Of a DNA stretch of 64,000 bases, positions 47,001 through 55,000 are shown in pieces. Source of the stretch: Fidelibacterota bacterium (GTDB lineage Bacteria > Fidelibacterota > UBA8477 > JABMPR01); the NCBI GenBank assembly GCA_016784025.1, contig JADHVL010000006.1:13859-77858 (forward strand). Direction: 5' to 3'. Made by a program: the position numbers and the translations under genes. The notes under the pieces are model-generated. The model worked only from the letters and a program-made list of their open reading frames with translations. It had not been told where the DNA came from and did no database searches. The stretch's first letter is position 1, and each line of letters begins with the position of its first letter.

Positions 47001-47144
47001 TTGGAAATTCTGGTCAACGATAATCTTCCGGCTGGAAGGCATACGCTTCATTTTAATGGAAGTGATTTCGCTGCAGGCGTGTATATGGTTGTCCTGGAAA
47101 CCCAATTTGGCACCCAGGCCAAACGGATGCTATTGCTCAAATAA
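44034..47144 (+). CDS. T9SS-targeted multidomain protein: GHL10 (glycosyl-hydrolase-like 10 / DUF187) domain + 2 SbsA/Big_5-like Ig domains + jelly-roll (CBM-like) domain + CTD
   Basis: 1036 aa with a signal peptide. 'FRATWVITW...VLFQARQSGTAYYNSSYEPW...GYDPLEYAIEQAHARGLELHAWFN...DGLHLDYVRW' is GHL10-like. 'PPVLTSVYPAQDDTVEVS...' and 'GPTVLYSTPEINVG...' are Ig-like. CTD: 'LHQNYPNPFNPETVISFDL...VSVFDIRGRE...AGVYMVVL...MLLLK'. Confidence 0.7.
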   Translation: MRLKTIGIVLLLLVSMVWAQTDNEEFRATWVITWEHISAGSSVEQNQARIRTIMDNHLAANMSSVLFQARQSGTAYYNSSYEPWGAYAGGSSPGYDPLEYAIEQAHARGLELHAWFNCFQAASTVPGAPAAEHPDWVCRDEGGAPMPAYRALSPGMPEVREYLVDVAMEIVNNYDVDGLHLDYVRWNEYDNLLLNSVSPTSLEEVSTLDQETDYSHIGSLRDSQSGRYLYDIDHPYNGGVPAGFDSWPDFWRSSVTDFVHSLHDSMQTQKPWVRLSVAALGKYNWSGWNGYNVVYQDAALWFNEGYIDQLTPMHYHWTTSSGFVGMLTDDSPYCWGDYIQPGVNAGRLFSVGPGSYILDQNNIWNRHASIVNISRSVSWVDGFQFFSYGSWQDYQYWPTAGSSFFSKKTKIRGNGLFVDETPPTPAIALDIVDSLTFDLTVTPDNTATGDYWWALYRSQSDDIMVTSSDIVGVYFGSEAFTVTEEFDGTQDENTSYFYSATMLDRYWNESELATAVETSQLPSLPPVLTSVYPAQDDTVEVSTLLTIQFSKTMDVASVESSLSFSPEIAIDHYTWTEGDHRIIIYPDTNFAYMSSYTMTLTDAAMDINGSALDGDADGTAGGDIIITFHTKALDEAGPTVLYSTPEINVGTESFDVDGNISLVFDEMLNSSTVNLESIHLEEGGTPIEVDYLLSTAHGKSVLDIKPYSRIGAASDYLLTLDSTLADALGNTVDAQILIPFSTANEHYSTINYIDSFTFTNEWWDPEGSGSTVGTIGSTTNWGYSTSIYLPGTSTVQSQKRAGFINYEWDLASGSHLLREYMPSGGPRNVIFDNTYIMQCYVYGDGSNNKFRFAIDEGDGTDWPAHEVSVWFDIDWEGWRLLEWDFTDPSMVGNWIGNGTLDGQAYRVDSFQMTYNSESGATSGRIYLDNFRVVKKMPGVSIDDELPELPQTVSLHQNYPNPFNPETVISFDLPSSMEVEVSVFDIRGRELEILVNDNLPAGRHTLHFNGSDFAAGVYMVVLETQFGTQAKRMLLLK

Positions 47145-47172
47145 AAATTTGAGTCTATTAGCACTTCTCATT

Positions 47173-47201
47173 AGCACCCGAATTTATTCGGGTGCTTTTT
47201 T
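47173..47201 (+). terminator. Rho-independent terminator after the GHL10 gene
   Basis: agcacccgaa-ttta-ttcgggtgct perfect 10-bp stem followed by TTTTT. Confidence 0.85.
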
Positions 47202-47211
47202 ATTAAACCAT

Positions 47212-48726
47212 CTATGGAAAAAGAATATACGCAGCAATAAAAAATAATCCACCGGACAGCGATCCAGCCACATTAACCCAATCATTATCCAGCCATAGCA
47301 TGCCTGATACGTGGGCAGTCTCTTCATGGCAATGAACGACTCTCTCAGTCGCCTTGCCACAGACCTCACATTTAAATTTGGCCTGTATGCTGGCACCAAG
47401 AATACTATCGATAATACTACCGAGAAATCCGGCAATAATTATCACAACGATGAGGTTCATATCCCACTGAATAAATCCCATAAGTGCAGCGATGGAGACA
47501 ATAATTGCAGCGCCAAGAACGCCGCCTGAGGTTCCTAGCAATGATATCCCGCCTGAATAGCCCTTGGGAACTCTTTTCCAGGTAAGAATGTTTAGCGGGA
47601 GTGATTTGCTGAAGCTGCCAATCTCTGTTTCCCAGGTATCTGCAGTAGCACTGGCCAGAGAGGCCAGAAAGGCCCAGTAAAGCCAATCAATTGAGTAATT
47701 GCTAAGATACCATGCAATGGTAAAAATCAGCGGTATACCGCCATTGGCGTACACTTGAACGATATCTCGCTGGGACCCTTTGGATGAGATGATATCCTTT
47801 TTGGATTGTCTATCTGCAATTTTAGAAAGAAGACTGGAGAGGACAAAAAAACCGATCAGTGGCAGCATGGTATGCCAACTACCCATACCAAACATGAACA
47901 CTCCCAGCAGGAAGGCGCCAAAACCACCACTCACACTGAGGGCTTTGAGTTTGTGGGCTCCATAACCTAAAATCATGGATGCAGCCAGCCAGCCACCCAT
48001 ATTTGGAAGCGTACCGGAGTGCATGGATGATAGATATAAATCCATACCCAGTGCTGCAGTCAGGGTAAGCGTCAGATTGTCACTCCCACGCTTGGAAACA
48101 GCTTCACCAACCGTAGCAACAAAAGCCGTGAAAAAAGCCATGGTTACCAAATGATGTAGGGGTAATGGTGGATTGCTGATGATGTTGGAATAAATGGGGA
48201 AGGCTCCCATGACCACGATAAGCGTCATGAGAAAGAAGGCAATACTACCTGGCCAGCTTTTTTTATCATGCCATAAAATAAATTTGTGCTTTGAATTGAT
48301 CCGTTCTCCAACCACGGTTGCGGCTGTATCCGAGAAGGCCAGAACCAGCATAGCCACTATAAACAGTACAATGTTGCGATCCCAGAACATGATGACCAGC
48401 AGGGTAAATGCAATTGGGAAATAGACAGTCCCGAATGACACGCGCTCAGTGGTATGCATGCCTTTGAGGCTATCCTTCCGAAGGGCAACATAGTTCAGAA
48501 TGGTGAAAATGATGCCCAGGAGGATGACTGGTATTTTTGACTGAAGGAAGAAGGGTGCCAGAGAAACCAGAATGCCCACCATGACGTGGACAAATTTTCT
48601 TGAAAGCTCAGGGGAGAGCTTCAGAAGAGATCGGGCAACTTCAGCAATTCCTATAAAAAATATGATGATTGAAAAAAATACAAGAAACGCAATCCATTCG
48701 TTGGGAAGATCAAAGAAAATGGGCAC
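47212..48726 (-). CDS. Membrane fusion protein: phytol/dolichol-kinase-like (COG0170) N-half + DUF92/TMEM19 (COG1836, VTE6-like) C-half with CxxC...HCH tail
   Basis: 504 aa, polytopic. N-half: 'SRKFVHVMVG', 'FSDTAATVVGERI...KKSWPGSIAFF' (CTP-dependent polyprenol-kinase pattern). C-half: 'ATADTWETEIGS...ILTWKRVPKGYSGGISLLGTSGGVLGA' (DUF92 pattern). It ends with 'KFKCEVCGKATERVVHCHEE' plus a final TM segment. Confidence 0.65.
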   Translation of the reverse strand: MPIFFDLPNEWIAFLVFFSIIIFFIGIAEVARSLLKLSPELSRKFVHVMVGILVSLAPFFLQSKIPVILLGIIFTILNYVALRKDSLKGMHTTERVSFGTVYFPIAFTLLVIMFWDRNIVLFIVAMLVLAFSDTAATVVGERINSKHKFILWHDKKSWPGSIAFFLMTLIVVMGAFPIYSNIISNPPLPLHHLVTMAFFTAFVATVGEAVSKRGSDNLTLTLTAALGMDLYLSSMHSGTLPNMGGWLAASMILGYGAHKLKALSVSGGFGAFLLGVFMFGMGSWHTMLPLIGFFVLSSLLSKIADRQSKKDIISSKGSQRDIVQVYANGGIPLIFTIAWYLSNYSIDWLYWAFLASLASATADTWETEIGSFSKSLPLNILTWKRVPKGYSGGISLLGTSGGVLGAAIIVSIAALMGFIQWDMNLIVVIIIAGFLGSIIDSILGASIQAKFKCEVCGKATERVVHCHEETAHVSGMLWLDNDWVNVAGSLSGGLFFIAAYILFP

Positions 48727-48848
48727 TGGCTAGTCCTTTCATTGAGGCGGATTCTCTGTCATTCTAATACACCATAAAGCTAGCGTAAAGCTAAAAGAAT
48801 AGGTGATGGTGAGGGGAGAAATTAATGATTAAACATTGATGAAGTATC

Positions 48849-48876
48849 AAAAAAAAAGGCCTCCCGAAGGAGGCCT
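48849..48876 (-). terminator. Rho-independent terminator downstream of the FG-GAP gene
   Basis: aggcctcc-cgaa-ggaggcct stem preceded on the plus strand by a 9-A run, which is a U-run on the minus transcript. Confidence 0.85.
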
Positions 48877-48899
48877 TTTAATAAAACTAGACTCTCAAA

Positions 48900-51743
48900 T
48901 TATTTAATGAGGGTCATCTTAGCTGTTTTGGAAACATTTCCTGAACTAAGTTCATAAATGTATACACCAGCAGCGGCAGGTGTTCCGTTTGCATTCAAGC
49001 TGTTCCAGGAAACACTGTGTGTTCCAGGACCGTATGAAGCATTATCAGCTAAACGAATAACTTCTTGTCCAAGCATGTTATAGATAGTCAGATTCACATT
49101 GTCTTTTGCCAATGGAATAGTGAACTCTATAGTTGTACTAGGATTGAAGGGGTTTGGAAAGTTCTGGGCAAGTTTGTAATCATCTGGTGTGATGACTGTC
49201 CAGTTCTTATCTGTACCCGTGGTTCCCATAAACTCAGAAACTGAGAAGGTGTATCCGTATCCATTGCCACTTGAAAGTGGTGGTTCCAGGAATCCCTGAA
49301 TAATCTCTGGATGAGAATCACCATCAATATCATCAGCGAAAGCCAGTGCGAATCCACCCATGGTGTAATCCCAGTTAGCTACCACAGACATGTCCCAACC
49401 TGTTCCAGTATAATCCCACTGGTATACACGGGCATGGGTATAATCTACAGTGAAGAGCTCAGCTTCGGCATCATCATCGGCGTTTCCACCTGCGAGATCC
49501 CAAGGAGCACCAAAATCACTAATGATAGTTACATTTCCGTTGGCATAACTGATATCAGCTACATCGTCGCCACCATCAACTTGAACAACCCAACCGGCTG
49601 AATAAAGTCCACAATAGAACTCATCTGCGCCATCGTTGTCAATATCGGTGACAAATGTAGTACCGTAAATAGCTTTGTCAGTCAATGCTGAATCCAACTG
49701 AGTCACACTCTGTAATTCGTATGTGTTGGCAGCTGTTGTTTCAACCACGAGAAGTGTAGCATGATCCCATGCAACAAACAGTGCTTCCAGATCGCCATCA
49801 CCATCAAGGTCACCAATATTTGGCTGTCCCCAGGGAGATCCGTTGAAATCGCCAGTAACAGTACGAACATTGGAGTATTCAACAACCAGATCGAAGAAAC
49901 CACCAGAGAAAGTACCCTGGATCGAACCGATGACGAAAACATCAGAACTATTATCAGAACCATTCACAGCAACCAGCAATTCGTTGGCTCCATCACCATC
50001 AACATCGCCAGTATTCAAGGTACGATCGCCATAATAGCGGTCAACTTCAACACCATCAACGAGGATTGGAACTACATAACGTGTATAGGTATCACTACCA
50101 TCTACACCATCCCATTCCCAGACATTGATACCATTGTAAGCTTCGCCCAGGGCGCGCATACCCATGTAGATAATCTCACCACGACCATTGTTATCAAGAT
50201 CGCCTGTGATGACGTGACGAGGGGTAGCCCAATATGATGTTGAATCATCAGCCATGGTTGCAACCCATTCTAAAGTATTGTCACTGGTAGCTTCGTAAAC
50301 ATGTATACCATGAACTTGGTAGTCAGTGATAATGATTTCTTGAAAACCATCATTATCCAGATCACTACCAGCTGTCATACCACGTGTTTGGAAACCAGGA
50401 TGATCAAGAGTATCAGCTACAACGGAATACATACTTACCATAGGAACGGTGTTCCAACCATCATGTTCGTAAACCTGAAGGAGAGGAGCACGGCGGTTAG
50501 CAGCCATAATCTCATCAAGACCGTCAAAGTCAAAATCACCAAGCACGACATCCTGCCACTCACCTGGAGCATCAGGATTCAGTATTTCATAACCGGTCCA
50601 GGAAGCTGCACTGGTAACATCACCGATACCATCATACTCTAAATCAACTATAGCAGTTGAATCAGTAGTAATGATATAGTCAATGCCATCAGAGGAGCCA
50701 TGCCAGATGTCTGTGTTCCCAATCTTGGCACCGTTGAATCCATAATCATATGAAAAGATTTCATAGACATCTGTATCAACATCAAAATCAGCAAGATCAG
50801 CACCAACATGATACATGATCACTGTACCAGCAGTTGAAGCAAGATAGATTTCATCATATCCATCACCATCAGCATCAGCAACGTCTAATGAGCGTAAGGA
50901 GCCACCATCATATGTTGTTAGATCATCGGTGAAAAGAATCAGTTCATAGTCATTGATGCCATTAACATCAAAAAAGCTGATTCCATTATAGTCCCATTCG
51001 ACCATGGCAAAGTTGTTGGTACCGTTATTGTCAAAATCTCCGGTTACAACGCCATATGCGGAACAGCAAAAACTGACATCTGTAAACTCTAAAATCCAGT
51101 TTGGAAAACCAAAGGTAGAGTTTGTGTCAAGGGACATGACCTGTACTGCATGAGTACGACCATCATATAGCAGAATTTCTGTGACACCATCATCATCTAA
51201 ATCTTCCGCCATAAGTGATTTTACGGATGTAGCAAATTCGCCCTCATCATCGGTGATACCGGCAACTTCGGCCGGATTCACTGCAGCAACTTCGATAAAA
51301 TTCAACATACCATCAGTTCTGGCTGTTGTATCATATTCGAATATGAAAAGAGCATCGAGGGTTCCATCACTAGATCCGGAACCACCTACAAGAAATTCAT
51401 CAATGCCATTGCGATCAAGATCTGTTACTTCGTCAGCAACTTCATAGCTATCACCGGCATCAGCGATATCATACATGAAAACTTCAGTCCACATATCATT
51501 GCCTGTATTCTCATACATATGCAAGGTGAGTCCACCTTCATCTGAGTAAGCTATGACTTCTGGAAATCCATCCTCATCAAAGTCATACGACCCTGATATA
51601 CCCCAATACACGTCTGCATCAGTGGCATGGGTTTCTGACCAACCCATTGTATAACTGTTTACACCATTTTCGCCGGCCATGGCGAAAACTGCGAATGCAA
51701 GCAGCAGTAGGGTAATCGACCATTTTGGTAAATTCATTCCCAT
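48900..51743 (-). CDS. FG-GAP/VCBS-repeat (integrin-alpha-like, Ca-binding) protein with T9SS type-A CTD
   Basis: About 12 'D.D.DG..E(I/L)' FG-GAP calcium loops (DFDEDGFPEVI, DLDDDGVTEIL, DADGDGYDEIY, DLDNDGFQEII, ...). CTD: 'LAQNFPNPFNPSTTIEFTI...LTIYNMLGQEV...AGVYIYEL...MTLIK'. I place the start at ATG 51743 (MGMNLPKW...), 6 nt after AAAGGAGG, rather than the track's 51776. Confidence 0.8.
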   Translation of the reverse strand: MGMNLPKWSITLLLLAFAVFAMAGENGVNSYTMGWSETHATDADVYWGISGSYDFDEDGFPEVIAYSDEGGLTLHMYENTGNDMWTEVFMYDIADAGDSYEVADEVTDLDRNGIDEFLVGGSGSSDGTLDALFIFEYDTTARTDGMLNFIEVAAVNPAEVAGITDDEGEFATSVKSLMAEDLDDDGVTEILLYDGRTHAVQVMSLDTNSTFGFPNWILEFTDVSFCCSAYGVVTGDFDNNGTNNFAMVEWDYNGISFFDVNGINDYELILFTDDLTTYDGGSLRSLDVADADGDGYDEIYLASTAGTVIMYHVGADLADFDVDTDVYEIFSYDYGFNGAKIGNTDIWHGSSDGIDYIITTDSTAIVDLEYDGIGDVTSAASWTGYEILNPDAPGEWQDVVLGDFDFDGLDEIMAANRRAPLLQVYEHDGWNTVPMVSMYSVVADTLDHPGFQTRGMTAGSDLDNDGFQEIIITDYQVHGIHVYEATSDNTLEWVATMADDSTSYWATPRHVITGDLDNNGRGEIIYMGMRALGEAYNGINVWEWDGVDGSDTYTRYVVPILVDGVEVDRYYGDRTLNTGDVDGDGANELLVAVNGSDNSSDVFVIGSIQGTFSGGFFDLVVEYSNVRTVTGDFNGSPWGQPNIGDLDGDGDLEALFVAWDHATLLVVETTAANTYELQSVTQLDSALTDKAIYGTTFVTDIDNDGADEFYCGLYSAGWVVQVDGGDDVADISYANGNVTIISDFGAPWDLAGGNADDDAEAELFTVDYTHARVYQWDYTGTGWDMSVVANWDYTMGGFALAFADDIDGDSHPEIIQGFLEPPLSSGNGYGYTFSVSEFMGTTGTDKNWTVITPDDYKLAQNFPNPFNPSTTIEFTIPLAKDNVNLTIYNMLGQEVIRLADNASYGPGTHSVSWNSLNANGTPAAAGVYIYELSSGNVSKTAKMTLIK

Positions 51744-51850
51744 TTTTGTCCTCCTTTGTTGATTGACAATATTCACTCTCGATTAAATAAAAAGAATGGA
51801 TACATCTTAAGAGTGATCCATTCGTTTGTATGCCATTTGAAAGTGCCATA

Positions 51851-51879
51851 AATCTAGAGAGAACTCTGAGGGTTGACAA
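51851..51879 (-). promoter_or_regulatory. Putative promoter of the FG-GAP gene
   Basis: Minus strand: TTGTCA (rc of 51874-51879), a 17-nt spacer, then TAGATT (rc of 51851-51856). Confidence 0.4.
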
Positions 51880-51900
51880 GGGAAAAGGGCTTTTTTTTGG

Positions 51901-51932
51901 TAGTTAGTTAATAATAGTAAGCTAACTAACTA
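51901..51932. promoter_or_regulatory. Perfect 10-bp inverted repeat (candidate operator) just upstream of the receptor-3 promoter
   Basis: TAGTTAGTTA (51901-51910), a 12-nt spacer, then TAACTAACTA (51923-51932). The right arm ends 6 nt before the -35 box. The spacer itself contains TAGTAAG. Confidence 0.45.
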
Positions 51933-51938
51933 AGATAG

Positions 51939-51967
51939 TTGACTTGTCTGCGGAAGGCGACTATAAT
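51939..51967 (+). promoter_or_regulatory. Near-consensus sigma70-type promoter for the 52019-61396 operon
   Basis: TTGACT (51939-51944), exactly 17 nt of spacer, then TATAAT (51962-51967). A GGGAGAG Shine-Dalgarno sits 5-11 nt before the ATG at 52019. Confidence 0.6.
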
Positions 51968-52018
51968 AGTGGATTAGAATTCTTTACATTAGTAATGAAA
52001 TAGAACCAGGGAGAGTGT

Positions 52019-55000
52019 ATGAGTTCAGTGCTGGTAAATCTTCGTAGAACCATCCTTAACGTATTGATCCTAGTCTTAATCACCACCAATCTATTAGCAG
52101 GAACTACTGGAAAAATATCCGGTCGAGTAATTGATGCTGAAACTGGTGAAGGTCTAATTGGGGTGAATGTTATCGTCGAAAATACTGGTATGGGAGCCTC
52201 CACTGATAGCGAGGGAATCTACTTCATCATTAATGTACCAGTGGGCATATTTTCAGTTCGTGCCGGAATGATTGGATATACGACCCAGCTTATGACCGAA
52301 GTTTCTGTTCGTGGCGATTTAACCACTGAAATAAATTTTAACATGACAGTCCAGGTTCTTGAATCTGATCAGGAAGTCATTGTTGTTGCTGAACGCCCAA
52401 TGGTTCAAAAGGATTTAACCTCAGGTCGATCTATTGTGAGTGCCTCTGAAATGGCTGAAATGCCAGTTGAATCTCTGGCTGGTGTGATTGGCACCAAAGC
52501 TGGAATCGTAAGTGATGCAGGAGGAGCGATTCATATTCGAGGGGGACGTTCCAGCGAAGTAACCTATATGATTGATGGTGTACCTGTCACAAATCTCTCT
52601 TCAGGTGGGCTTGGAGTGGGACTTGAGACTAGCGCTGTTCAGGAACTCCAGATTCTAAGTGGAACTTTTAATGCTGAATATGGTCAAGCCATGTCTGGAA
52701 TTATTAATATCATTACCAAGGAAGGTGGCGAAAAATATTCTGGTAATCTCAGCGCTTATATGGGCGACTACTATACCGAAAATACCCGCTTTTTTGAACA
52801 TGCCGATGAATTCGATCCCTCAAACATAAAAAATGTTGAATTGAGCCTGTCAGGACCTGTTCCTGGTTTTGGAAAAAATTTAAACTTTTTTGCAAACGGT
52901 CGTTATTACGATTATGGGGGCTTGTATCGAGGGGTGCAAGAGTATAGCCCCAATGATGTGAACTATCTAACATCCAAGGCTGTGGAAGAATTGCGTGATT
53001 CACCCTGGGGTCGGGCAGGATTATTAAATTTTGCAGAACCATTCACAGATTTGAATGAAGATGGACAGCTGGAACCTGGTAGCGAATCATATTTTGATTT
53101 TGATGGGAATGGCTCTTTTACACTGGGTGAACCTTTTAGAGACATCAATGGAGATGGCCGTTACAACCACAATATTGATTTTAACCAGAATGGATACATT
53201 GATTCTGAAGACTGGGAGTTTGTTGATTTAAATGGTGATGGCGTTCTCACTGGAGACCCCTTCGTCGATGCCAACCATAATGGCATTTTGGATGGGGAAC
53301 CTTATATAGACTTTAATGGTAATCATATGTGGGATAGTGGTGCTTCTGGTGACTCCAGTATAGTCAGGATGAATACCTCTACTCGTGTTAATGGGATGCT
53401 CAAATTGACCTGGCGTATCTCTCCTAAGATGAAGCTGAACACCAGCATTATCCATAATTCAGCTCAATCACAAAGCTATTCCATGACAAATGGATTTGCG
53501 TATAAGTATAATCCTTCCGGCAGACCTACAAATCAGTCAACTTCCACCTCCATAATCATGGATCTACGACATTCATTAAACGAAAGAATGTTTTATAACA
53601 TTAAAGGTTCTTTCTACCAAACCACTGCAAAAACTTTTTACATCGATGTGGATCCAGAAGAGTTAAGTGAAGAAAAATCATTCACCTATACCGATATTTC
53701 CCAATGGGCTGATTTTCTATCCGATGCTGTTGCTGATCCCGTTTCGGGAATTGGAATGGGAAGCTATTATGGATCAGTAAGTGATTCTCTGCTCATATTA
53801 AAAAGTGATATGACTGTTTCCTTTTATGACAGCCTTTCCATCGGCGGTGACATGTTTTATGTGGAGGACTTCTTTGGTCAGAATACCTGGACTTTGGGGA
53901 TTACAAATACCTGGGAAGAAATGAGTGCACCTTCATGGATTGAAGCACTGACAACCCCTGGAATCACAGAATGGGTGAAACAGATTCGTTTTGAATTCGT
54001 AATCAATGATCTTAAAAAGGCTTACTTCTTGCCAAATGAAATTTCTGAGCAGCCAGTAAACGAATATCTGGCTGGCGGTCATAGTCACAGCTACTCCCAA
54101 AGAATCAACCGTACTTATCTCATGAGTGGAGATTTAACCTGGCAGATAAATAATACCCATCAATTCAAGGGTGGAGTGGGTTTCAAGACTCACTCAATGG
54201 CGTATAAGGCTTATACAGTATTTGTTCAGAAAAATCTCGATTGGGTACCTACCATCAAAGACACTGAATCAAGTTTTTCCAATGACTCATATGACAACTG
54301 GTTAACTGATGCGGTCTCAAAATTGTCCCTCAATACTCGCACACCCCGTGAGGCCTATGTCTATCTCCAGGACAAAATCGAACTTACAGATATGATTGTG
54401 AACATTGGTTTGCGTTATGATTATTTCGATCCAAACTATTTTGTCCCCAGCGATTACCGCGATCCCGAGAATCCAAAATATTGGATGTATACGCTTGCCA
54501 GCTCTGATTCTGCAAGAATTGATACTTTTTTCCAATTTGCAGGAGAAGTAACCGCTTTTGATCAAATTTTAGATACCCTGGATGCCAACGGTGAACCATG
54601 GCGGGATTATAATGGTTTTTATGAAGACACTGAACCTGTGCATCAGTTCTCACCCAGGATCGGTGTGGCATATCCCATCACCGATAAAGGTATCATCCAC
54701 TTTAGTTATGGACACTTTTTCCAGATACCAACCTTCAGTTATCTCTATTCAAATCCTGAGATGGAAATCAGTACGGCCAGTAATGAATCTCGACTGGGAA
54801 ATGCCAATCTGAAACCACAAAAAACGGTTACTTACGAAATTGGCTTGCAGCAAGAGCTGACATCTGATTTGGGGATTGAGATTATAGCATTTTATAAGGA
54901 CTTCTCAGGCCTCCTCAGCTTAGACCAATATGAAAAGTACAATACTGTCAGTTATATGGTTTACTCCAACAGGGACTACGGTGATACCCGTGGTATAACC

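Noticed and set aside
28585-47144. Interpretation as a classical Bacteroidota polysaccharide utilisation locus (SusC/SusD PUL)
   Set aside because: No SusD/RagB-like TPR lipoprotein follows any of the barrels. There is no HTCS or ECF-sigma regulator, there is only one candidate glycosidase-like gene, and the expression signals are SD/sigma70-like. The architecture is related in logic to a PUL but is not one.
49761-50237. 158-aa ORF antisense to the FG-GAP gene, plus other shadow ORFs between 49127 and 51447
   Set aside because: The minus-strand ORF shows regular FG-GAP Ca-loop repeats and a T9SS CTD. The repeat-rich sequence generates spurious open frames on the other strand.
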